In this document: piece by piece, positions 1-9,456 of the stretch
Layout: each line of letters begins with the position of its first letter
Position numbering within the stretch: position 1 is the stretch's first letter
DNA from: Gammaproteobacteria bacterium
GTDB lineage: Bacteria > Pseudomonadota > Gammaproteobacteria > Steroidobacterales > Steroidobacteraceae
Assembly: GCA_010027845.1 (NCBI GenBank)
Contig: RGUL01000004.1
Location: 1,810-65,809 of the forward strand
Reading direction: 5' to 3'
DNA length: 64,000 bases
Notes under the pieces: model-generated
Told to the model about the DNA's origin: nothing
Database searches by the model: none
Seen by the model: the letters and a program-made list of their open reading frames with translations, nothing else
Made by a program: the position numbers and the translations under genes

Positions 1-839
1 CGCCTTCCTTTGTCGCCAACCAGCCGAGCATCGATTCTTGGGCGCGCGCACTCGAGCGGTTTTTACCGGCAGCGATCGTCTATCCGCTCGTGCGTTGGAA
101 GCGCATTTTGACGAGCGCGTTCTTCTATAAAATTGCACGCCGACGGCCACGCGTTTTTCGACGGCGGCTACTCGAACTCGCGGCGCAAGAGTTGCCGCCG
201 GATTTCGACGTGCACAAGCACTTCTCACCCACCTACGAGCCTTGGGATCAGCGTCTTTGCGCCGTTCCGGACGGTGATCTATTCAAAGAAATTTCAGTGG
301 GTCGCATGTCGGTTGTCACCGACCAAATCGAACGCTTCACGAGTGAAGGCATTCGACTGCGCTCGGGCGAAACCCTGCCCGCCGACTTAATCGTGCTCGC
401 GACGGGCCTCAAAGTTCAGCCATTCGGCGCAGTCAAAATATCGGTCGATGGACGGTCCATCGACTACGCCGAGACCATGGTCTATCGCGGCGCGATGCTC
501 AGTGGCGTGCCCAACATGGTCCACACCTTCGGCTACACGAACTCCTCTTGGACTCTGCGCGCCGATCTCATCGCCGCCTACATCGGTCGTATCGTCGCCT
601 ACATGCGTCGTCACGGCTTCGACAGCGTGACCGCGGTCCGAGATCCCGCCGTCGGTGAAATGCCGTTCATCGACTTCAATTCTGGATATGTGTTGCGTGC
701 CCTGCCGCTGTTACCGAAACAGGGCGATCGCTTCCCATGGCGCATTCATCAAAATTATTTGCGTGATCTATTCATCACGTTGTTCAGCAAACTGCGCGAC
801 CCGGCTTTGCGCTTCGGTCGACGCGAGGCCGGTACATGA
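1..839 (+). CDS. Flavin-containing (EthA/Baeyer-Villiger-type) monooxygenase, C-terminal part; 5' end lies outside the window
   Basis: Frame 3 is open from nt 3, so the ORF-track start at 90 (GTG) is internal. The C-terminal block GIRLRSGETLPADLIVLATG...TFGYTNSSWTLRADL resembles class B flavoprotein monooxygenases. Confidence 0.6.
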   Translation, partial: PSFVANQPSIDSWARALERFLPAAIVYPLVRWKRILTSAFFYKIARRRPRVFRRRLLELAAQELPPDFDVHKHFSPTYEPWDQRLCAVPDGDLFKEISVGRMSVVTDQIERFTSEGIRLRSGETLPADLIVLATGLKVQPFGAVKISVDGRSIDYAETMVYRGAMLSGVPNMVHTFGYTNSSWTLRADLIAAYIGRIVAYMRRHGFDSVTAVRDPAVGEMPFIDFNSGYVLRALPLLPKQGDRFPWRIHQNYLRDLFITLFSKLRDPALRFGRREAGT

Positions 840-1801
840 TCGTGTTCGCTTTTGGCATCGTCGTAGTTTTGATCGTCGGCTGCGCGTGGTTTACGAACCG
901 TTTGGCGCGTGCCGCCGAGCGGCGCCTGCCGCCGGTCGGACGCTTCGCGGAAGTGCCCGGGGCGCGCCTGCATTTCCTCGATCGGGGCGAGCAGCGCGAC
1001 GGGCCGACGATCGTCATGCTGCACGGGCTTGCCGGGCAGTTGCATAACTTCGCCTATGGTCTAGTCGACGATCTCGCCGGCGACACGCGCGTGATCGCCG
1101 TCGACCGTCCGGGTTCGGGATATTCGGTGCGCACCGACGGTGGCGTGCGCAGCTTGTTCGATCAAGCCGATGCCATCGAAGCGCTGTGTCGGCAGCTCGA
1201 ACTCGGTCGCGTGCTGCTCGTGGGCCATTCGCTAGGCGGCGCACTGTCGCTCGCATTCGCACTGCGTCACCCGCAGCGCGTCGCCGGCCTCGCCCTAATC
1301 GCGCCACTGACGACGTTCTCGGGCACGATGCCCGCGGTTTTCGCCCGGCTGCGCATCCGTAGCGATGCGATGCGCCGCTGCTTCGCGGCGGTGCTCGCTA
1401 CACCGCTCTTGATCCTGAACCGTGATCGCATCATGCCGCAAATCTTCGGCCCGGAATCCGTGCCGAGCGACTATCCACTCCGCGCCGGCGGCCTGTTGTC
1501 GTTGCGTCCGTCGCAATTCGTCGCCGCATCGCAAGATCTCGGTGCGCTGCCTGAGGTGATGCCCGTCATCGAAGGTCGTTACGACGAGTTACTCAAAGCC
1601 GGTGCGCCGCCGATCTCAATCATTTACGGTCGCGACGATCGGATCCTCGATCCGGTGTTGCAAGGCGAGGGGTTTGCGAAACGTGTGCCACGCACGCGAC
1701 TCGTGATGATCGACGGTGGCCACATGCTGCCCGTCACCCAGCCTCGCGTCTGCGCGCAATTTTTGCGCGACGCGTGGCGACAGACGGGCGCGCCGAATTG
1801 A
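836..1801 (+). CDS. Alpha/beta hydrolase
   Basis: HGLAG oxyanion region, GHSLGG nucleophile elbow, C-terminal DGGH. ATGA start/stop overlap with the upstream gene at 836-839. Confidence 0.8.
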   Translation: MIVFAFGIVVVLIVGCAWFTNRLARAAERRLPPVGRFAEVPGARLHFLDRGEQRDGPTIVMLHGLAGQLHNFAYGLVDDLAGDTRVIAVDRPGSGYSVRTDGGVRSLFDQADAIEALCRQLELGRVLLVGHSLGGALSLAFALRHPQRVAGLALIAPLTTFSGTMPAVFARLRIRSDAMRRCFAAVLATPLLILNRDRIMPQIFGPESVPSDYPLRAGGLLSLRPSQFVAASQDLGALPEVMPVIEGRYDELLKAGAPPISIIYGRDDRILDPVLQGEGFAKRVPRTRLVMIDGGHMLPVTQPRVCAQFLRDAWRQTGAPN

Positions 1802-2394
1802 TGCTCAAGGGGACGACCCTTCGTCTCCTGGCGCTATACACCTGCGCGGTGTTGCTGGGCCTCGCAAGCGCCTGGCTTTGGGTGACGCGCGTCGGCATGA
1901 GCGGCGTCGATGCCGGTCAATGGCGAGTGAATCTGCTCGCCGGCAGTACCCGCGCGGATGCTTACACCCGCGCCCGCATCGCAATCTTTGCCCTACTCGC
2001 GCTCGATCGTCGCGAAACGTTGTACTACACCACCGATCGCGACGATGACGATGCGACGTTACGCGCCGAATGCACGTACTCGGTCGCGCTTCGACCGCCC
2101 GCCGCACGCTGGTGGAGCATCACCGCTTACGCAGCCGACGGTTTTTTGTTCCCCGACAAAGCTCACCGGTACAGCGTCAGCGGTGAGAATGCGCAGGTCG
2201 ACGCGGACGGTCGCGCGCGATTTCTCATCGCACCGCAATCGAGCCCGGCTGGCGTCGACGCACGGATTGCGACGAGCGGCACCGGAGGGATGCGGCTGAC
2301 ACTACGGCTCTATCAACCGGATGACTCTTTGCAACGAGCACCGCAGACGCTCGATCCGCCTCGAATCAAAAAAGACGGGCGGTGTGTGTCGTGA
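1801..2394 (+). CDS. DUF1214-like membrane-anchored protein
   Basis: Start moved to ATG 1801 (TGATG overlap with the upstream stop). N-terminal TM segment. The WWSITAY / RYSVSG blocks recall DUF1214 (from memory). Confidence 0.5.
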   Translation: MLKGTTLRLLALYTCAVLLGLASAWLWVTRVGMSGVDAGQWRVNLLAGSTRADAYTRARIAIFALLALDRRETLYYTTDRDDDDATLRAECTYSVALRPPAARWWSITAYAADGFLFPDKAHRYSVSGENAQVDADGRARFLIAPQSSPAGVDARIATSGTGGMRLTLRLYQPDDSLQRAPQTLDPPRIKKDGRCVS

Positions 2395-2930
2395 ACGCCT
2401 GGCGACATTTTTTGACTGCCATAGGTGTTCTACTCGTCACCCATGCGCTGACGGTGTGGGCATTGCCGCGGGTGATCATGTGGCGCGTGATGACGGTGGC
2501 GAGCGCCGAAACCAGCGTCGCCGGCACCTTCCTGCCGCCGCCGACCGATCACACGGCACGTCGTATCGTCATGCCCAGCCCCGATTTGCTCTACGCAACC
2601 TGCAGTTTTTCGCTGCGCGACGGCCCGGTTCGGGTGAGTTTTGACGGCCATTACCCCCGTTACTGGTCGATCGCCCTGTACGCCGACAATTCCGATAATT
2701 TTTTCGTCACCGGCGACCGGAACGCCACCGATCAGCCACGGCAATGGTTGGTCTCGACCGCCAACCAAGCAGCGAGCGCCGTCGACCGAGTGGCCGAGCG
2801 GCGAATCACGGCGCCGTCCGATCGAGTCTTTCTTTTGATGCGGCTGTTGGTCAACGATGATCCGACCGTACTCGCCGATGCCGAGCGCGCTCGTCACAGT
2901 TTGCGCTGTACGAGGACTGCCGAATCATGA
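2391..2930 (+). CDS. DUF1254-like membrane-anchored protein
   Basis: GTG 2391 forms a GTGA overlap with the upstream stop (ORF-track start is 2382). N-terminal TM segment. PSPDLLYATC...YWSIALYADNSDNFF recalls DUF1254. Confidence 0.5.
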   Translation: MNAWRHFLTAIGVLLVTHALTVWALPRVIMWRVMTVASAETSVAGTFLPPPTDHTARRIVMPSPDLLYATCSFSLRDGPVRVSFDGHYPRYWSIALYADNSDNFFVTGDRNATDQPRQWLVSTANQAASAVDRVAERRITAPSDRVFLLMRLLVNDDPTVLADAERARHSLRCTRTAES

Positions 2931-2961
2931 TCGAATCGGGGCATTGACCGGAGGACATTGC

Positions 2962-4587
2962 ATGCTCGGTTTGATGCAAGATCACCCGCTGCTCATCTGG
3001 CAATTGCTCGAGCACGGGGCCAGACATCACGGCCACGTCGAAATCGTCTCGCGCCGCGTCGAAGGCGACGTGCATCGCTATACCTACCGCGACGCGTTGC
3101 GCCGTGCTTATCGTGTCGCCAATGCGATCGACGCGCTCGGCATCGAGCCGGGCGAACGTATCGCCACACTCGCCTGGAACGGTTACAGGCACTTCGAACT
3201 ATATTACGGCGTGAGTGGCAGCGAACGCGTCCTGCACACGCTCAATCCGCGTCTCACCCCCGAGCAACTCGCCTGGATCGTCGCCGACGCCGACGATCGC
3301 GTGCTCTGTTTCGATTTGAGTTTTTTGCCGCTCGTGCAAGCGGTGCACACACGCTGCCCGAGCGTTCGTCATTGGATCGCGCTTTGTGAAGGCGACGCGT
3401 TGCCCAAAGAAACCGGCATCCCGAATCTTCTAAGTTATGAAGCGTGGATCGACGCGCAGCCTGCGCATTATGCGTGGCCGGAATTCGACGAACGCTCCGC
3501 CTCGGCGTTGTGTTACACGAGTGGCACGACCGGCAACCCGAAAGGCGTGCTCTACAGTCACCGCTCGGCCTTACTGCATGCACTCGCCGGCTCGCTACCG
3601 GACTCGACCGCGATGTCGGCGCAGGAATGCGTGTTACCGGTCGTGCCGATGTTCCACGTCAACGGTTGGGGCGTGCCGTACAGCGCGCCGATGACCGGTG
3701 CAAAACTGGTGTTTCCCGGTCCCGCACTCGATGGCAAGTCGGTGTACGACTTGATCGAGTCCGAGGGCGTTACGCTTGCCGCGGGCGTGCCCACGGTTTG
3801 GCTCGCCTTGCTCGCTCACGTGAACGGTAACGGGCTGCGCTTTTCGAGTTTGCGTCGCAGCATGGTGGGCGGATCGGCCTGTGCGCCCGCGATGGTCGAT
3901 GCGTTCCGAGCGTTCGGTGTCGACGTGTTGCACGGTTGGGGCATGACCGAGATGTCGCCACTCGGCACCTTAAGTCATATCGGTCCACAGCAGAAATCTT
4001 TGAGCGTGGAGCAACAAACGCAACTCATTTGCAAGCAAGGTAAAGTGCCCTTCGGCGTGGATATGAAGATCGTCGATGACGCGGGCACCGAATTGCCTTG
4101 GGACGGCATTGCTGCGGGTGACCTGCACGTACGTGGTCCTTGGGTGGTCTCGCGATATTTCGGCAAGGAAGGGATCGACGCGAGAATCGACGGCTGGTTC
4201 CCGACCGGCGACGTTGCGACGATCGACCCGGACGGCAACATGCAGATCACGGATCGCAGCAAGGACGTGATCAAATCCGGCGGTGAGTGGATCAGCTCGA
4301 TCGACATCGAAAATATCGCACTCGCACATCCCGCGGTCGCGATCGCCGCTTGCATCGCCGTACCGCATCCGAAGTGGGACGAGCGTCCGCTGCTGATCGT
4401 CGTGCCGAAACCGGGCGCGACCGTCGATCGCCGCGCGTTGCTCGAGTTCTATGCCGGCAAGGTCGCTAAGTGGCAGGTGCCCGACGACGTCGTGGTCGTC
4501 GACGCCATACCGTTAGGCGCGACCGGTAAGATTCAAAAAAATCTGCTGCGCGATCGGTTCCGCGATCACGCCCTGCCGAATCTTTGA
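2962..4587 (+). CDS. AMP-dependent acyl-CoA synthetase (fatty-acid--CoA ligase)
   Basis: YTSGTTGNPKGV AMP-binding motif, GWFPTGD, KDVIKSGGEWIS. ATG 2962 is preceded by GGAGGA at 2950-2955. The ORF-track start at 2857 overlaps the previous gene. Confidence 0.85.
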   Translation: MLGLMQDHPLLIWQLLEHGARHHGHVEIVSRRVEGDVHRYTYRDALRRAYRVANAIDALGIEPGERIATLAWNGYRHFELYYGVSGSERVLHTLNPRLTPEQLAWIVADADDRVLCFDLSFLPLVQAVHTRCPSVRHWIALCEGDALPKETGIPNLLSYEAWIDAQPAHYAWPEFDERSASALCYTSGTTGNPKGVLYSHRSALLHALAGSLPDSTAMSAQECVLPVVPMFHVNGWGVPYSAPMTGAKLVFPGPALDGKSVYDLIESEGVTLAAGVPTVWLALLAHVNGNGLRFSSLRRSMVGGSACAPAMVDAFRAFGVDVLHGWGMTEMSPLGTLSHIGPQQKSLSVEQQTQLICKQGKVPFGVDMKIVDDAGTELPWDGIAAGDLHVRGPWVVSRYFGKEGIDARIDGWFPTGDVATIDPDGNMQITDRSKDVIKSGGEWISSIDIENIALAHPAVAIAACIAVPHPKWDERPLLIVVPKPGATVDRRALLEFYAGKVAKWQVPDDVVVVDAIPLGATGKIQKNLLRDRFRDHALPNL

Positions 4588-4589
4588 GT

Positions 4590-4609
4590 CGCGCGCCCGA
4601 CGGCGCGCG
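4590..4609. terminator. GC-rich hairpin between convergent genes
   Basis: cGCGCGCC-cgac-GGCGCGCg gives an 8-bp stem with a 4-nt loop. It sits between the stop of the CoA ligase (4587) and the stop of the esterase-like gene (4615). There is no T-tract. Confidence 0.4.
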
Positions 4610-4614
4610 CCGCT

Positions 4615-6348
4615 TCAATATCGCCAACTGCGGACATCCGCCCCGGGCGGTGCCGTCGCCAGCATTCGCTCGACCGCCCATGGCAACACCATTTGCGGAT
4701 AGCGCAGGCGCGAATATGCATTCGAGCGGGTGTGATCGCCGTTCCAACAATGCTCGTCACGATCACCGTAGTCGACCACCGCATCCGCCGCGGGTTGTGC
4801 CGTCTTCAAAAACTCTTCGACCGCATACACCGCATTGTTGAGATAGTAGTTGTCCATGTCACCGACATAGAGACGCAATTTACCGCGTAACTTCGGTGCT
4901 AAGCGCGGCCAGTCGCGACGTAAAATGTGTCCGAGGTCGTAATTCTCGCGCCAATAGGCGGCTGTGATCGGATCGATCTCGCCCGTGAGGCGATCCCAGA
5001 TGCGACGCGGATAACCGTCATCCCCGACCGGCGAGAACACCGATTCCCACACGTCGAACTGATCACCACTACGCGCACGAGTGCCGAGCGCGTACTCCCA
5101 AAGATTGTTCTCTTGCAGCGTGGTATCGACATGTCCGAGCCAATTACGATGCGCGGGGCGCGGTGTGCGCTTGAATCGATTCGGCATGAAATACGCGTTG
5201 CGATCGGCGTAGATGTCGACCGTCAAATAGTGCCTAAAATCGATGGGGTCCGGACACGCGATCCATGCGCCGTTGTAATCGTCCGGATAGAACATCTGCA
5301 CCGCCATCGCGATCCAGCCACCGGTGCTGCCGCCGTAGACGAAGCGTGCCCAACCTTGTCCGATACCGCGGAATCGGCGTTCGATCTCTGGGATCAATTC
5401 GTATTGGATCGCATCGCCGTACGGTCCGTTGTTTGCCGAATTCACACCGTACGAATCGTCGTAGAACGGCGTCGCGTGCTGAATTTCGACCAACAGCACA
5501 CGCGGGAACCCTTTGCCCGTCCACGATTGGAAGAACTCCCAAGACAACTGCTGCTGTATGCGGTTGTAGCCATCGAGCTTGAATCGCTTGCTGTATTCGG
5601 GCTTGAGGCTCGGATCCGGGGGCGTCTCGCGCCAAGCGGCCGGCCCTGAAGGGAAGTGTCCGTGATTGATGACGAGCGGATAGCGCGCATCCGGATGCGA
5701 ATCGAAACCCGCCGGCAGCGTCACGAACGCCCCGAGATAGGTATCGCGGCCCCAAAACTTCGACAGTCGGTCGCTGCGAATCCGTACGTATTTGACCCAC
5801 GGCGTTTCTTTGAATTCGGCGATGGGCGGGATTTCTTCGCTCAAGTCGAGCGCGATCGCCGCTTGCGCGCCCGACGCGCCGCGCCAACGAATCGTGATCG
5901 GCTTCGAATACAGATTGCCGGGCTTACGCCGCCATTGCTGCCCCTCGCCACGGTCGGGCGGTAGTTCGAGCACGCGGCCGTCGCCACGCCGAAACGTTTC
6001 GTAACGGTTCAGTAGCGCTTGGACTCGATATTCGCCGGGTGGCAAAGTCGATAACGTCTGCAGCGGGAAGCCGAAGGCCGTGTCGTCGATGCGTCGCGTC
6101 GTGCCCGGTTTCCAATTTCGCACGTCGAGCCCGAAGAACGGGATGGCCTCACCGTCCCAATTGACGAGCGCACGCGGTTCTTCGCCGGGCGCTTGATCGA
6201 CGGGCGCGAACATGAGTAGCAATCGCCCCATTTGCGGGCCGCCTTGAAACTTGGCGGGCAAACGCACTTCGACGCTCGGTGCGGCCAGCGCGGCGACCGG
6301 CAACAGCGCCAGCAACCAAAGCACGAGCGCCGGTGATTTTCTTTGCAT
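4615..6348 (-). CDS. Secreted esterase-like alpha/beta hydrolase
   Basis: Start moved to ATG 6348, which gives the signal peptide MQRKSPALVLWLLALLPVAALAAP. The longer ORF-track N-terminus is Arg-rich and overlaps the upstream gene. GGSTGGW (GxSxG) elbow in the C-terminal half. Confidence 0.55.
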   Translation of the reverse strand: MQRKSPALVLWLLALLPVAALAAPSVEVRLPAKFQGGPQMGRLLLMFAPVDQAPGEEPRALVNWDGEAIPFFGLDVRNWKPGTTRRIDDTAFGFPLQTLSTLPPGEYRVQALLNRYETFRRGDGRVLELPPDRGEGQQWRRKPGNLYSKPITIRWRGASGAQAAIALDLSEEIPPIAEFKETPWVKYVRIRSDRLSKFWGRDTYLGAFVTLPAGFDSHPDARYPLVINHGHFPSGPAAWRETPPDPSLKPEYSKRFKLDGYNRIQQQLSWEFFQSWTGKGFPRVLLVEIQHATPFYDDSYGVNSANNGPYGDAIQYELIPEIERRFRGIGQGWARFVYGGSTGGWIAMAVQMFYPDDYNGAWIACPDPIDFRHYLTVDIYADRNAYFMPNRFKRTPRPAHRNWLGHVDTTLQENNLWEYALGTRARSGDQFDVWESVFSPVGDDGYPRRIWDRLTGEIDPITAAYWRENYDLGHILRRDWPRLAPKLRGKLRLYVGDMDNYYLNNAVYAVEEFLKTAQPAADAVVDYGDRDEHCWNGDHTRSNAYSRLRYPQMVLPWAVERMLATAPPGADVRSWRY

Positions 6349-6359
6349 GACTTCGTCCC

Positions 6360-7205
6360 TCAACGGTCGAATTTGGCGGCGGCAGCGTCGAGTGCTGCGA
6401 TCGGATCGGCCGCGACGTGTGGCGCGGCACGGGCGAGATTCGCACGCCAGTCGGCCGGCAGATCTTCGTACCGACGCACTTTGCGCCCGACCATGCGCGA
6501 GGTCAGACCGCCCGGTCGATCGCCCATGTTCATCCACCGCTGCCAGCCCGTGACCTCAGCAAAAAATACGGTCGCCTCACCGACCTTCACCCGTGGATCG
6601 GACAGGTTGGCGAGACTGCCGTGATAGACGGCGATATCGTTCACCTCGAAGGGCTTGTCGCGCCCCGGAGTGAAGACTCGCGCCACCGACTCGTCGCGTT
6701 GGAAAACATCGTCACCGACGATTAGCGGCGGATGCAGCGTGGCTGTAGCCTCGAGCGGCGTGCTGCCGATTTCTTTGGGCAAGACGCGAACGTTGTCGGC
6801 ACCGTAGCGCGTCACGGTCGGCCCCACCGGACTCATGCGCACCGGCAGGACTTCGTTCGTATACGGATTGCGCCACGCATCGAGTGCACGGCCGGTTTGC
6901 AGATCGAGGATCACGTTCATCTCGAGTTGCGTGACCTCGAACCCGCCGTCCACGACGTGCTTGACACGCTGCAAGGTCCCGATGGAGGCCGTATAGAGTG
7001 GCGTGAGCGTGGTGCCGACCTGCCCGTATTTGACGCCCTGCAACCACCAAAAAACCAAGCCGTCGTCGCTACGAAAGTGCATTTTTCGGTACATCAACCC
7101 CGCGTCGGTGGCCGTGGCAGCGCTCGCATCTGTCGCACCGACGGCACCGACGACCGAAAACGCTGCGGCCGCACCCAACCACTCCCGACGATCCATCGAA
7201 ATCAT
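6360..7205 (-). CDS. DUF1838-like protein with twin-arginine (Tat) leader
   Basis: MISMDRREWLGAAAAFSVVGAVGATDASA leader. The MYRKMHFRSDDGLVFWWLQG block resembles the DUF1838 family (from memory). Start is ambiguous among 7217, 7205 and 7196. Confidence 0.5.
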   Translation of the reverse strand: MISMDRREWLGAAAAFSVVGAVGATDASAATATDAGLMYRKMHFRSDDGLVFWWLQGVKYGQVGTTLTPLYTASIGTLQRVKHVVDGGFEVTQLEMNVILDLQTGRALDAWRNPYTNEVLPVRMSPVGPTVTRYGADNVRVLPKEIGSTPLEATATLHPPLIVGDDVFQRDESVARVFTPGRDKPFEVNDIAVYHGSLANLSDPRVKVGEATVFFAEVTGWQRWMNMGDRPGGLTSRMVGRKVRRYEDLPADWRANLARAAPHVAADPIAALDAAAAKFDR

Positions 7206-8062
7206 TTCGTACTCCATAAAATCGGAAATAACTCATCCGGCGGTGGCTCACCCGTACGCATCAATCCCGTCGCTTCCAAGGTCGGAATTTTGATCGTCAG
7301 AGCGTTCGGTGCCCACCGTACGTCATCACCGAGCCAACGCGTCGTGAGCGCGATCCGACGCCCGGCGTTCGTCGCCTTGCGAGGTAACGAGGCGTGTATC
7401 GTTTTCGGATGGATCAAAAGAACGTCACCCGCTGCACAGGGCCAGACATCTTTCGGCGCATCGGGTTGGGCCACGCGACGCTCGAGATGGCTCCATGGGA
7501 TGTGTTCGTTGACGAAGGCGTTCGGATCGGACATCGGCGAGTGATAGCGCCAAGGATCGAGATTCGAGCCGCGCAGCGTGACGATGGGTGCATCGTCCAG
7601 CGTCACGTCGGTCAATGCCACCCAGAATGACGGCATCATCGCGCCACGAAACGGGAAAGTACATTCGTCGTTGTGCCACGGCGTTGCCGACTCGGGACTC
7701 GATCCCCATTTCAAGAAAGTCGCGTCCATCCAAAAGCGCACATGCCGCGCGCCCATCAAGCGCGCGACTAGCTCGGCAGCCACACTGTCGTACAACCAAT
7801 CCCTCAGAGCGGGCACGTGTTGCGCGAAGTTCCGCAGCTGTAACTGTCCCTCGCCTCGATGTACGGTCGGCGGATTTTGATGTTTTGCCCCCGAGGCACA
7901 GGCATCGAACACCGCAGTGCCGAACGCTTCCGCGGCGGCGTCGATCGCCTGCGTCAAACGTGCGCAGGTCGCGGCGTCGAACACTCCGCGGACGTGTACG
8001 CACCCCTCGGACGCGTAACGCGCAACGTGTTCCCGATCGATCAACTCCTCGATACGACTCAC
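7202..8062 (-). CDS. Phytanoyl-CoA dioxygenase (PhyH) family Fe(II)/2-oxoglutarate oxygenase
   Basis: WHNDE (HxD facial triad) and a distal His in LLIHPKTIHASLPRK. Size is typical for the family. Confidence 0.6.
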   Translation of the reverse strand: MSRIEELIDREHVARYASEGCVHVRGVFDAATCARLTQAIDAAAEAFGTAVFDACASGAKHQNPPTVHRGEGQLQLRNFAQHVPALRDWLYDSVAAELVARLMGARHVRFWMDATFLKWGSSPESATPWHNDECTFPFRGAMMPSFWVALTDVTLDDAPIVTLRGSNLDPWRYHSPMSDPNAFVNEHIPWSHLERRVAQPDAPKDVWPCAAGDVLLIHPKTIHASLPRKATNAGRRIALTTRWLGDDVRWAPNALTIKIPTLEATGLMRTGEPPPDELFPILWSTK

Positions 8063-8066
8063 TCGT

Positions 8067-8642
8067 TCACTCCAAAGGATCGTGCGCGTCGGGCATCAAT
8101 GCAACCGGATGATGCAGCGCCTTGAACGTCGCATCGCGGGGATGATGATCCCATCGCAAGGTCAACGGTACGTTGGTGAAATGTACCCCGATGTTGATGA
8201 TCCACAGCACGATCAGCGCGACGTAGGTCGCCATCGCAAAACTAGATTCATCGACGCCCGCTAAGTCGAAGCCCCACCAACATTGCCAAAGCCGCCACGG
8301 CAGATACAAGCACGGCACGATCACCCAAATCGCACTTCGCCAACGCTTCCAGACGAAGATCTCGGTCGCCACTTGCGCGAACAACATGACGAGATATGCG
8401 CCGAGGCCGACGGCAATGTTGGCATCGGCCTCGGTGGCGATCGCCCACGCGAGCGTGACGGCCGGCCACAACAAGCCCACGAGCCAGATCACCACCAGCC
8501 AAACTTTGAACCACAGCGGCGGCGGTCGCGGGCCCGGGAACGGCGCACTACCGGCAACACGCCGCGCACCGATCCAGACGTAGAGACTCGCGATTGCAAA
8601 GAAAGCGATATTCTGTGCCAGCGCCGCAGCCAGTGGATTCAT
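8067..8642 (-). CDS. Hypothetical polytopic membrane protein
   Basis: Trp-rich hydrophobic segments, no recognisable motif. Start at ATG 8642 or 8669. First gene of a co-directional run with 7202..8062. Confidence 0.4.
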   Translation of the reverse strand: MNPLAAALAQNIAFFAIASLYVWIGARRVAGSAPFPGPRPPPLWFKVWLVVIWLVGLLWPAVTLAWAIATEADANIAVGLGAYLVMLFAQVATEIFVWKRWRSAIWVIVPCLYLPWRLWQCWWGFDLAGVDESSFAMATYVALIVLWIINIGVHFTNVPLTLRWDHHPRDATFKALHHPVALMPDAHDPLE

Positions 8643-9456
8643 GACTATGCCCAAAGACCTGATCCCCAAAGGATACGCCAGAACGCGCGACGGGCAGGTG
8701 CATTACCGTCGGCTCGGCGCCGGCTCCGTGACATTTTTGCTCATACACTGGTTACCCCTCTCCTCGCGCATGTACGCCGCGCTGATGCCGCTGCTCGCGG
8801 CCCGCGGATTCGATGTACTCGCCGTCGATCTGCTCGGTTACGGGCGCTCGGATCCCCGACCTACGAATTGGTCCATGACGGCGTGGGCGGATAACTTGGC
8901 GGAAGTTTTGACCGAACTCGGCTGCGATACGGTGGTCGCACTCGGTGGACACAGCGGCGCCTGCGTCGCCGCCGAATTGGCAGTGCGCCACCGGCAGCGG
9001 GTCACGCGCGTGATTCTGGATGGCTGCCCGCTGCCCACACCCGAACTACGCGCGACGTTTCGTTCCATGAAAGCCGCTCAACGACCGACGCCGCAGCCGG
9101 ATCGTAGCCATGAATCGCTGGTGTTCAACACCGTACGCACGACCTACGAGCATTATCTGCCGGGTTTCACGGTGACGGCGGAGAACCTCGAGCGACTATG
9201 GCCGGCGATGATCGATTATCTAGAGACCGATTTCGTTTCGTCGGCACCGATCTCGGCCGATTACGATCTCGCCGCCACGCTCACGCAAATCACTCAACCT
9301 TTGACGCTGTTGTCGGCGGAGACCGACACGCTGTTTCCGACTTTCGGTGTTGCACGCCAGCTCGTGCCCGACGCACGCGCACGTTTGTTTACAAGCGATC
9401 ATCCGTTGCACGACATCAGTCGTACGATGGAATACTGCGAGGCGATTTTAGACTAG
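8641..9456 (+). CDS. Alpha/beta hydrolase
   Basis: LIHWLP oxyanion region, GGHSGA nucleophile elbow, C-terminal SDHPLHD. Confidence 0.65.
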   Translation: MTMPKDLIPKGYARTRDGQVHYRRLGAGSVTFLLIHWLPLSSRMYAALMPLLAARGFDVLAVDLLGYGRSDPRPTNWSMTAWADNLAEVLTELGCDTVVALGGHSGACVAAELAVRHRQRVTRVILDGCPLPTPELRATFRSMKAAQRPTPQPDRSHESLVFNTVRTTYEHYLPGFTVTAENLERLWPAMIDYLETDFVSSAPISADYDLAATLTQITQPLTLLSAETDTLFPTFGVARQLVPDARARLFTSDHPLHDISRTMEYCEAILD

